From a virus (lineage: Duplodnaviria; Heunggongvirae; Uroviricota; Caudoviricetes), in the IMG/VR virus record IMGVR_UViG_3300017705_000602: a stretch of DNA of 64,000 bases; one strand, written 5' to 3'. Within the stretch, counting starts at the first letter, position 1. Every line of letters begins with the position of its first letter. Made by a program: the position numbers and the translations under genes. Positions 28,819 to 36,514 of this stretch are shown here, in pieces. The notes under the pieces were generated by a model. That model made no database searches, had not been told where the DNA came from, and saw only the letters and a list, made by a program, of their open reading frames with translations.

Positions 28819-28886
28819 GGACAAAGGTAGTTCCTATCACGATGCTCTAAGCATCAGCCTTTTAAGCTGACCTATACTACCCGTCC
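28819..28886 (+). ncRNA. TCCTAT-family hairpin RNA carrying a tRNA-Lys(UUU)-like anticodon stem-loop
   Basis: GGAC/GTCC and GGTAGT/ACTACC stems, TCCTAT, internal TCAGC-CTTTTAA-GCTGA. Confidence 0.7.
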
Positions 28887-28909
28887 ACCCACTTTTAAAA
28901 GGTAACGAA

Positions 28910-29386
28910 ATGATGATTATTGACGGTGCGCCAGATGACGGATCAGTTACACTGCGTTTACACGAACGCAAAGGATCAAAGTTCTTTACCAGGCATAACG
29001 GTAAGTTTCATTTTAAAATCGACGGTGTTTTCATTTCTTATCGTCGCAAGGTATACAATATATCTACTCGCTCCACAGAATGGTACAACAATTCAACAGT
29101 CGGCAGACACAAAAGCAAAACCAATATCAAGTTTTGTGATATATTTGTGTCCAACGAAGAGCTTTCATTTTATGCATTGCAAAATGTATACTTTATCGAA
29201 GGCCTCACTGTCAAGAAAGCAATACCGTACGGTGTCGATACTGCTATTAAACTCGATGTTGAAGATTTATTCTCAAATCGCCCGAGCACAATAAAAACAA
29301 TCAGTGTATGGGACGGTAAAAATGCACGCGCAATCGAATTGTGCGAAAGCGGAAGATATACAACGGGCACAGTTGACACACGATAA
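28910..29386 (+). CDS. hypothetical protein
   Basis: 158-aa ORF with SD. Confidence 0.65.
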   Translation: MMIIDGAPDDGSVTLRLHERKGSKFFTRHNGKFHFKIDGVFISYRRKVYNISTRSTEWYNNSTVGRHKSKTNIKFCDIFVSNEELSFYALQNVYFIEGLTVKKAIPYGVDTAIKLDVEDLFSNRPSTIKTISVWDGKNARAIELCESGRYTTGTVDTR

Positions 29387-29401
29387 GAGTTAGTGTATCA
29401 T
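29373..29401 (+). promoter_or_regulatory. sigma70-type promoter for tRNA-like RNA cluster
   Basis: TTGACA-17bp-TATCAT. Confidence 0.7.
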
Positions 29402-29424
29402 TGTACTATGTTTTACAAGTTTAT

Positions 29425-29639
29425 GGCCGCTGGCGTATTAGAAAAAAGTGTATAAAGACGTAGCTGGGTGAGTTACGGTAGAAGAAAAAACTTTAACTTT
29501 ATACATCTAAGGACGCCGAATTAGTTGGACTGAAACAGAATGCGGAATGCTTTGAGATACTTGCACACCACAAGTAGCCGGGCAGGAGGCAACTGTGGAA
29601 TAAGACGATTGCTTGGTTCGAATCCTTCAGCGGCTGCCA
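29425..29639 (+). ncRNA. 215-nt tRNA-like RNA
   Basis: GGCCGCT/AGCGGCT acceptor-like stem + G-CCA, GGTTCGAATCC T-loop, long internal helices. Confidence 0.7.
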
Positions 29640-29645
29640 AATTAC

Positions 29646-29823
29646 GGAGAGAGCTGGCTTGTTAGATTTGCAGGTTTAGCTTGCTATGCGGAGCTACACC
29701 AAGGAAAGGCTTTTAATTTGAACATGTCGACACGCTGTTTTCCTGCAAGAGTCAGTAGTAGGCACGGAATGATTTCTAGCCGGAACTTGGTAGTGGATAG
29801 TTCGAATCTGTCCCTCTCCACCA
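29646..29823 (+). ncRNA. 178-nt tRNA-like RNA
   Basis: GGAGAG/CTCTCC + A-CCA, GGATAG-TTCGAAT-CTGTCC T-arm, internal helices. Confidence 0.75.
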
Positions 29824-29829
29824 TTTTAT

Positions 29830-29954
29830 GCGGAACGATTGCACAGCAGAAACTGAGTACTAAGTTTCATTAGCTGGTTTGGTATTTAGCATGAGTTTCT
29901 TCGAATCAGCTAGCGTGAAGAAGAAATGGTAGTTCGAATCTACCGTTCCGCGCC
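29830..29954 (+). ncRNA. 125-nt tRNA-like RNA
   Basis: GCGGAAC/GTTCCGC + G-CC, GGTAG-TTCGAAT-CTACC T-arm, 12-bp internal helix. Confidence 0.75.
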
Positions 29955-29971
29955 TTTTTAAAGGAATAACA

Positions 29972-30259
29972 ATGCCACCGACTTACAAGCACCTTAAAGA
30001 ACCTACTGTGGGGGAAGCAATGCTAGATCATAACTACTGGGAAGAATACGAAATAGAACTCGAACCTGGTACGTTGTACTATCGCATTGAATCAACTTCG
30101 CTGATACGTCCAAACGACATTGTGCGCTCTGAGTTTTCCAGCAACAAGTGGTTTGTTGTACACGAACGGTATACTGCGTGCATTGGATATTCAATTGAAG
30201 ATCTTGCAATTAAGTTTAAGCAGGCACCATTCACAGAAGTGCTAAGGGAGTACTTGTAA
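29972..30259 (+). CDS. hypothetical protein
   Basis: 95-aa ORF with SD. Confidence 0.65.
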   Translation: MPPTYKHLKEPTVGEAMLDHNYWEEYEIELEPGTLYYRIESTSLIRPNDIVRSEFSSNKWFVVHERYTACIGYSIEDLAIKFKQAPFTEVLREYL

Positions 30260-30558
30260 TGAGCTGGATATCAAAAATTAAACAACATCTATCCAGTTCA
30301 GAACCAAGTCAAGATCCTGCACCAATCGAATTGTTACCACACAAATATTTTTACGGTTACTATATTGACTTACACGAAAAAGAAGTTTACTCTATAAAGA
30401 GTGGAAAATTAAAAAAGCTTCAAAAGAAAACATGGAAAGGTGTTACTTCAGTTACCCTTTCGCATCAAGGTAAATCAAAAACACAAGTGATTGACAAGCT
30501 AGGAAAATTTGTCGATCGTAAACCGACTAACACAATATTGCTACATGTTAGCATGTAA
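30259..30558 (+). CDS. hypothetical protein
   Basis: Basic 99-aa ORF coupled to upstream stop. Confidence 0.65.
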   Translation: MSWISKIKQHLSSSEPSQDPAPIELLPHKYFYGYYIDLHEKEVYSIKSGKLKKLQKKTWKGVTSVTLSHQGKSKTQVIDKLGKFVDRKPTNTILLHVSM

Positions 30559-30647
30559 GGAGTTTTACACTTTGTAAGTCTTGTGCAGTTGTGCAAGCGG
30601 ATAAGCCGGATAAGCATTGTGATGGTGGAGTGCCGGCACTTTTTATT

Positions 30648-31364
30648 ATGAAATATAAAACAGTAAACAGCGTGCAGGCACAGTTCAAGGACTTGACAGC
30701 CGATCTTGAAACTCAGCTTGTCGGTCATGCTAAAAAATGGAATAGAAAATCTGGACTATTGTCGTTCGGGCCAATGGCATACTGTCATGTTACATTTCAG
30801 AATGGCTCGCCAGCTTTTGAGATTAACTTGCTGAGTGATCAGTTTGGTGAACTCGACGAAGAGGTACAGCTTGACATTCCGTATTCGTATAAAATAAAAG
30901 CCACTTACGATCGCAAGCAGAAAGTGTTTGTGCTCAGCACAGTTGAAATCGATTATATAGCGTACTACCAAGACGAACGTTCAAGGTGCAAGTTATCGAC
31001 ACCCGAAACTACAACTAACCCACGTTTGATCGCTATCATTGAAAAGAAGTTCAACAACAACTTTAACTTATCAAGCGATCAAGAAAAAACTTACATGTTG
31101 TTAAATGGTCACCGGTGTCGTGGTGAACTGATGAAAGGTGTGCTTGAAGATGTGTTCGAATGTTTTCAAAAGTTTGTAGATCTTGATGCGCGTCGAGCAA
31201 AAAGAAATCGTGTGTTTGCTTGTACTTTTGGGTTCTGGATACACCCTAGCATGATCGACACTAAAAGTCAGTTCCAGATTGTAATAAGCTCGATGTTTAA
31301 TGGCATGGTTTCGTTCAGCATGTTCAAGATATATCTCGGGCTGTTGATAATGTGGCTGGTATGA
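30648..31364 (+). CDS. hypothetical protein
   Basis: Long ORF, C-terminal hydrophobic segment. Confidence 0.65.
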   Translation: MKYKTVNSVQAQFKDLTADLETQLVGHAKKWNRKSGLLSFGPMAYCHVTFQNGSPAFEINLLSDQFGELDEEVQLDIPYSYKIKATYDRKQKVFVLSTVEIDYIAYYQDERSRCKLSTPETTTNPRLIAIIEKKFNNNFNLSSDQEKTYMLLNGHRCRGELMKGVLEDVFECFQKFVDLDARRAKRNRVFACTFGFWIHPSMIDTKSQFQIVISSMFNGMVSFSMFKIYLGLLIMWLV

Positions 31365-32215
31365 ATATATTAATCGACTCATTGTTTACATCATCCGGCA
31401 TACAAAAAGACTCGTTTGTGTCCTGTGTAGAGGACACTCGCTGTAAGGTGTTTGTGTCAAACTATGTTCGTCACCGAGGTCAATTTGATGTTAGCGTTCC
31501 GTCGACAGAACCTTTATTGGTGTATGGATCAATTCAGTTTGTCGAAGACGCCTTAAAGTACTTTACAAATGCAGTTGCATTTTATCATCCTTCTCGATTT
31601 TCTGTTTCGTATGCAATGTCAAACCTTCCAGTTGACATGTTTGTTAACAACGATGCTTATTTTTTTCCGGTCAGTGTACTGCAACAACGATATGCATTAC
31701 GAAAACATAAAGGAATAAGAAACACTGCTGATCAGGACAAATATTTCATAAGGTCGGACAGCGGCAAAAAGCTGTTTGCCGGTAAATGTATTCCACACAA
31801 CGAATTGCACTGCTTCGATAGAGAAGGATTGTCTCCGCATAGCATAGTGGTGTTCAACCAAGCTAAAGATATCCGCATGGAAGTACGATGCTTTATTTAC
31901 GGTGACCAGGTTGTTAGTTGGTCGGTTACACATCTACACGGCAACCCAGTAACAGAATATACCGGCCCGGACAAGATTGCATTCTCTTTGGTTACGTTTG
32001 CAGAAGAAGTTGCCCAAACTGTCGATCAGCTAGGATTTCTAGACACTGTGTATGTGTGCGATGTTGCGCTTTATCGGGATATCGGAAACGGAAGAATGCA
32101 CATTGGTATTATGGAATTTAATGCTGCCTCTACATCCGATTTACACAACTGCGATATAACAGCAGTGTTCACAGCAATGGTCGACTGTATCAACAAAGAA
32201 AACGGTTGCATTTGA
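31361..32215 (+). CDS. ATP-grasp domain protein (DUF4343-like)
   Basis: FIRSDSGKKLFAG, EVRCFI, VYVCDVA, IMEFN. Confidence 0.7.
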   Translation: MNILIDSLFTSSGIQKDSFVSCVEDTRCKVFVSNYVRHRGQFDVSVPSTEPLLVYGSIQFVEDALKYFTNAVAFYHPSRFSVSYAMSNLPVDMFVNNDAYFFPVSVLQQRYALRKHKGIRNTADQDKYFIRSDSGKKLFAGKCIPHNELHCFDREGLSPHSIVVFNQAKDIRMEVRCFIYGDQVVSWSVTHLHGNPVTEYTGPDKIAFSLVTFAEEVAQTVDQLGFLDTVYVCDVALYRDIGNGRMHIGIMEFNAASTSDLHNCDITAVFTAMVDCINKENGCI

Positions 32216-32234
32216 TTACAAGGTGTGTAACAAT

Positions 32235-32558
32235 ATGAGCATGAAAAAATTTAAGCCCGAAACAGTTGTTCGAAGACTTGCCAAGATTGAGCAAAACAAA
32301 GTCGACGAACAGGCAAGGTACAGTAAAGCCATGTACCAGTATGCCGCTGATATCGAAGCTGTGCAGGACAGATGTCCGCATCCGGATATCAAGTGCAATT
32401 GGAACAACACCTGGGACGGGTGGGACCAACACGACGACCTAAAAGGGCACTACGACTATATCTGTACTACATGCAAGAAACGGTTACGCAAGGATGTAGT
32501 CAAAAGCGAGCACGAAAAGTTGCGTCACAATATCAGACAAGCTTGCGGACTCGAATAA
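32235..32558 (+). CDS. hypothetical protein with CPH...CxxC
   Basis: ORF with putative Zn ligands. Confidence 0.65.
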   Translation: MSMKKFKPETVVRRLAKIEQNKVDEQARYSKAMYQYAADIEAVQDRCPHPDIKCNWNNTWDGWDQHDDLKGHYDYICTTCKKRLRKDVVKSEHEKLRHNIRQACGLE

Positions 32559-32562
32559 CAAT

Positions 32563-32632
32563 TTCCCTGGTAGGTTACAGGCAGTGTCTTTAAAACCCGC
32601 GCCTTGGAGTTCAACTCTCCACAGGGAAACCA
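32563..32632 (+). tRNA. atypical tRNA-like gene with UUA (ochre-reading) anticodon
   Basis: TTCCCTG/CAGGGAA + A-CCA, TGGAG-TTCAACT-CTCCA T-arm, loop CT-TTA-AA, very short D-arm. Confidence 0.6.
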
Positions 32633-32649
32633 TTTTACAAGGAAAGTAA

Positions 32650-33552
32650 ATGCTTAAAATATATCCTCAACTGTGGTACGTCACACGATCAACCTCCCAA
32701 GGGCAACCATCTGTACTTGCCTACATGACCCATTACGAAGACAATGCCGCATGTCGCAAAAGACAACATACAGGAAAGAGTTGGAGTGGTAACACAAACA
32801 ACACAGGCACCATCTGCGATAATGAACCGACAACCGGATTTAAAATTACCGACAGTGTATCGCGCTGGAGTACACAAAACAAACTGTTTCGCGTTATGGA
32901 TCCTCGTGGCTTTGAAGTTGAAATCCCGACTGGAAACCTGAATCAGTTGCTACAGTGCTCTACTGTGGTTAACGGAGAGATACAAGGCGAATGCGTGTGG
33001 GGTCGTGATGATAGCTCTCACATACTGATACCCACTGCCTCGGTGCTGTACCAAGAAGCAACCATGACCATGGAAAAGCTAAACAAAACTATCAAGATGT
33101 CGGACATTCAAGTTGGAGAGATAATCGAAGCTAGTGCGTGGGGATCAATGTCCAAAATGATCTACCTGGGCAAAGTAAAAGCTACTCACACTGGCACACT
33201 CGAAGAAAGATCTTACTCATGGCATCGTACTGGAAGCGCCAGCGATAAAATCAAAGCACAGCTCGGCGAGCATACCGATACTAAATGGTGGCTGGGGTTT
33301 GCACACGAACGTGATCTAAAGCGTCTGAGCCAAGATACAAATTATTTTAGTATCGAACAGCGTCGAACTTTAAAAGTTACCAATCGCACAGGACAAAAGC
33401 TCGATAAGGACATTGTAGAACAACTGCGCGAAAAGATTTCATATTGCGATCGTTCAGAAGCAATACGCGCATTTCACAAAGAACGCGATGCAGTGTGCCC
33501 GAATATAAGCGGACAAGTTCAAGTACAGTTAAAAGAAACAGTGTGGCAATGA
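32650..33552 (+). CDS. hypothetical phage protein
   Basis: 300-aa ORF; NEPTTGF, DPRGFEVEI, CVWGR. Confidence 0.75.
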   Translation: MLKIYPQLWYVTRSTSQGQPSVLAYMTHYEDNAACRKRQHTGKSWSGNTNNTGTICDNEPTTGFKITDSVSRWSTQNKLFRVMDPRGFEVEIPTGNLNQLLQCSTVVNGEIQGECVWGRDDSSHILIPTASVLYQEATMTMEKLNKTIKMSDIQVGEIIEASAWGSMSKMIYLGKVKATHTGTLEERSYSWHRTGSASDKIKAQLGEHTDTKWWLGFAHERDLKRLSQDTNYFSIEQRRTLKVTNRTGQKLDKDIVEQLREKISYCDRSEAIRAFHKERDAVCPNISGQVQVQLKETVWQ

Positions 33553-33677
33553 CACCGTACTGGAAAGGAAGAAGAATAGGCTTTTACCACGGGCTGGCAT
33601 ATGGTGTGGTGATAACACTGGTGCTCGGGTTCTTGTTTATTCTCTTCTGGACTGGTGCGCATCAGTATTTTTATTAA
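33549..33677 (+). CDS. small membrane protein
   Basis: 42 aa, one TM, ATGA overlap. Confidence 0.55.
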   Translation: MTPYWKGRRIGFYHGLAYGVVITLVLGFLFILFWTGAHQYFY

Positions 33678-33686
33678 AGGATTAAA

Positions 33687-34004
33687 ATGAATACATATTT
33701 AAAAACTCAAGCAAAACTGCTCGCAGTGCTAATGGTCAAGGAAGTTCTTGCTAAAGGCATTGTGTCAATTGAATTCTACAAAGCCGACGACACAGTTAGG
33801 CCCATGCGTGCTACACTAGATCCGAATCTTTTGCCTGCAAGCGAAAAGAAAGATGAATACGATTCTGCAATTGATCTTAACGTTGTAAAAGTTTTCGACG
33901 TTGAAGCAACAGCATGGCGTTCATTTCGCATGGACAGACTAAAGTCAATCGACGGACTTGACTACAAATTGTACTTTAACAATTTTTTCGAGTCAGCAAT
34001 TTAA
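33687..34004 (+). CDS. WYL-like SH3-fold protein (DUF2693-like)
   Basis: FYKADDTVRPMRATL...VFDVEATAWRSFR. Confidence 0.75.
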   Translation: MNTYLKTQAKLLAVLMVKEVLAKGIVSIEFYKADDTVRPMRATLDPNLLPASEKKDEYDSAIDLNVVKVFDVEATAWRSFRMDRLKSIDGLDYKLYFNNFFESAI

Positions 34005-34017
34005 TTGTAAAAAGCAG

Positions 34018-34046
34018 TTGACAAAGATACTGGCCTACCATATAAT
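34018..34046 (+). promoter_or_regulatory. consensus sigma70 promoter
   Basis: TTGACA-17bp-TATAAT. Confidence 0.85.
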
Positions 34047-34075
34047 GTGGCTATATTAACAACAAGGAACACAAG

Positions 34076-35869
34076 ATGTCATTAGTTAAATTATCACTTG
34101 CATTGTTCAACGTAGTGCCAGAAAGCACAAAACCGCCAGCAAAGTCTGCGCATGTAGACCTTGACAATGGCATAGTAATTTCAAAAGAAGCAAGATATGC
34201 TAAGGCTGATATCGTTGCGTTCCTGAAACAAAAGAAACTGTCGGGCGAAGATCTAAACAAGACATGGCACAAAACATGGGCCGAAGTCAAGTCAAGAGAA
34301 AACTCGCACGATGTTGTCCAAGCAGTCATGGGGTTCATTAACGGACTCGGTGCAAAGCTGGACAAAGAAATTCGTTTACCGAACGAAACAATCGGCATTG
34401 ATGATCTAGATTTGCGATTGCAGACTGTGGTTGCAGTGCCAGTTGATGAAATCAACGACCGTGCTTTGCAAATGTTACAATCTGGCATGGCACTAAAAAC
34501 ACAAACAATACACGATTTGTTTGAGATATTGTCTGCTACAGGTTATCAGTTTACTGGCGACGAAGATATACGCAACAAAGAAGCCGTTGTTATACTTGCT
34601 GATACTCATGGTATCTATCCAAAAGAGCCAGTTGAGGCTCTACGCTATGCAGTATACAAAGCTACCGATTCGGCCATGCTGATCAAGAGTGCGGGTGCAG
34701 TAGAAGCAATCAAGGCGTCTTCATTTGATGCAACAGATGTATTCAAAGACGTAGGCGAGACTCGAATGTCCGAAGTGTTCAATCGCTTCAAGCCATTGTT
34801 TCTTGCATTCAAAGGCAAGTCTGCTAAGTCACGTTCGTCAGTTAACCGTATTGCAAAGCTGAGCAAAACACATCACAAGCCAATGCCTGTGAATGCCTTG
34901 CAAGAAGTTACTGCTCGTAGACTGGTGGACACTGAATTACACTGGCTGTCCAATGCAACTGTGTTTGCACTGTTCAAGGCATTGTCTGCTTGTCATACAC
35001 GCATGAATGGTCGCACAGTGTTTGCATACCACATACGTAACGGTAAAGGCTGGTACAAGACAGAATCGTGCAAAGCGTCTTCGGATGACTTACAGCACAA
35101 CTTTGATCTAATAGTGAATGAACTAAAAGGTCGTGTGAACACCGAAGGTAAAAAGATCTTTATACCGGAAGGTATTGAATTTGCCCTGCCTACATCCGAA
35201 AAGATGTTTGTTGGCAATATTCCAACTGGTACCAAGTTCACATCCGATGGTATTGCCGCTGGCATATATTGGAGAAACGAATGGGGTGCAACCGATCTCG
35301 ATTTGTCTACTCTGGACGTCCGTGGTACAAAAACTGGCTGGAACTCTTTTTATACCAGCCAACACGGCGAAATTGCATACTCGGGTGATATAACCGATGC
35401 ATACAACGGCGCAGTCGAATACATGAATATTCAGTCAGGTATAACCGAACCGGTGTTGTTGCTTAACAATGTGTACTCAGGTAACGAAGATTGCGAATAC
35501 AAGGTTGTTGTGGGTCAAGGTACCGATATTACAAAATCGTACATGATGGATCCTAATAGTGTATGGGTAGAAGCAATGTCCGCATCGGTGAAACGCGAAA
35601 CCATAGTCGGATTGTTTTTACCGGAGACTGGTAACCGAGCTTCGTTTGTGATGCTTAACACTGCTATCGGCAATGCGAATGCGTCTGCAGGCAATATACA
35701 CTCTACTCAATTCAACCGTGCGTTGGTTGAGCAGTACAGCAATCAATTTTCGTTAAATGAATTGTTAGAATATGTAGGTTTTGAGTTGACACCATCGCAG
35801 GATGATGCTACAATAGACTTATCGTTAGACAACTTGGATCGTGATACATTTGTATCGTTATTCAGTTAA
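34076..35869 (+). CDS. 597-aa protein with helical N-terminus and TerD-like C-terminal domain
   Basis: GIYW...DLDLS...GWN...YSGDITDA..GAVEY resembles the TerD core. Confidence 0.6.
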   Translation: MSLVKLSLALFNVVPESTKPPAKSAHVDLDNGIVISKEARYAKADIVAFLKQKKLSGEDLNKTWHKTWAEVKSRENSHDVVQAVMGFINGLGAKLDKEIRLPNETIGIDDLDLRLQTVVAVPVDEINDRALQMLQSGMALKTQTIHDLFEILSATGYQFTGDEDIRNKEAVVILADTHGIYPKEPVEALRYAVYKATDSAMLIKSAGAVEAIKASSFDATDVFKDVGETRMSEVFNRFKPLFLAFKGKSAKSRSSVNRIAKLSKTHHKPMPVNALQEVTARRLVDTELHWLSNATVFALFKALSACHTRMNGRTVFAYHIRNGKGWYKTESCKASSDDLQHNFDLIVNELKGRVNTEGKKIFIPEGIEFALPTSEKMFVGNIPTGTKFTSDGIAAGIYWRNEWGATDLDLSTLDVRGTKTGWNSFYTSQHGEIAYSGDITDAYNGAVEYMNIQSGITEPVLLLNNVYSGNEDCEYKVVVGQGTDITKSYMMDPNSVWVEAMSASVKRETIVGLFLPETGNRASFVMLNTAIGNANASAGNIHSTQFNRALVEQYSNQFSLNELLEYVGFELTPSQDDATIDLSLDNLDRDTFVSLFS

Positions 35870-35875
35870 TAGTTA

Positions 35876-35966
35876 TGCGGTGAAAGCGCCGGGCTGATAA
35901 ACCGGAGAAGCTGAAAGGAATAATACAAGAACAAATGCTTGTACCTTGCGCATGTCGCACACCGCA
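35876..35966 (+). ncRNA. structured RNA with tRNA-Ile(GAU)-like anticodon loop
   Basis: TGCGGTG/CACCGCA closing stem, CCGG-G-CTGATAA-A-CCGG, TACAAG/CTTGTA. Confidence 0.6.
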
Positions 35967-35984
35967 GTTGTTAGGAAGTATGCA

Positions 35985-36206
35985 ATGACAAAGCCGTTCA
36001 AAGTAAAAGTTAAAGATCAAGACGAGTTCGAATCATGCGTGTTTGGTGCCGACGATTTACTCGAACAGTGGCCAGCACTGCTTACCGAAGGCGCAGAAGT
36101 AATACAAAGCGGAAGCATGTATTACTTGTGCGATGCGAAACAAGGTATCATATCCGACTCGGCTTTCTTTAGCAAAAACGAAATGCAATACTTAGAAAAG
36201 ATTTAA
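35985..36206 (+). CDS. hypothetical protein
   Basis: 73-aa ORF with SD. Confidence 0.6.
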   Translation: MTKPFKVKVKDQDEFESCVFGADDLLEQWPALLTEGAEVIQSGSMYYLCDAKQGIISDSAFFSKNEMQYLEKI

Positions 36207-36212
36207 AAGTTT

Positions 36213-36464
36213 TGGGCAAAAGTGGTTCCTATAAAAAATTATTGGAAATGAATACTACTCGCCCACCCAGTTTTGACATAGAGTGTTCCTATAAAAAATC
36301 ATTCGGGCTAAAAACCCGAAACCAGCAAAATACACTCCGTCAACTATTTTTAGGCACAAGCAGTTCCTATAACATACTACGAATATATATACTGCTCGCC
36401 TACTTATTTGGGCACATAAGGTTCCTATTACAGTCTTGAAAACTACTATCATACCTTTCGCCCA
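36213..36464 (+). ncRNA. tandem array of four TCCTAT-family hairpin RNAs
   Basis: Units 36213-36265, 36273-36343, 36351-36402, 36409-36464 with covarying stems. Confidence 0.8.
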
Positions 36465-36514
36465 CCCAACTCAGAAATGCTAGCTTTCGCTAGCTTGAAA
36501 CACTAAGTAAATAC

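Noticed and set aside
26632-28840. Long minus-strand ORFs (184 aa, 176 aa) and similar antisense ORFs elsewhere
   Set aside because: They shadow well-supported plus-strand genes and have no SD or recognisable motif.
29709-29723. CTTTTAA Lys-like loop inside the 178-nt tRNA-like RNA
   Set aside because: Flanking stem is only G-U/A-U pairs, too weak to call.
29425-29823. tmRNA or group I intron-containing tRNAs
   Set aside because: No G3-U70 alanine pair, too short for tmRNA, no tag ORF seen; no D-arm/anticodon exon halves or group I core motifs recognisable.
30596-30640. GGATAAGC direct repeat resembling a REP or CsrA-binding element
   Set aside because: Only two short copies with no convincing palindrome or recurrence elsewhere.
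36212-36439. 75-aa ORF (and antisense 65-aa ORF) over the hairpin array
   Set aside because: TTG start without SD, and the covarying stems explain the sequence better than coding.
36213-36464. Mini-CRISPR array
   Set aside because: Only about 8 nt are invariant; conservation is in pairing, not repeat sequence, and unit lengths vary from 52 to 71 nt.
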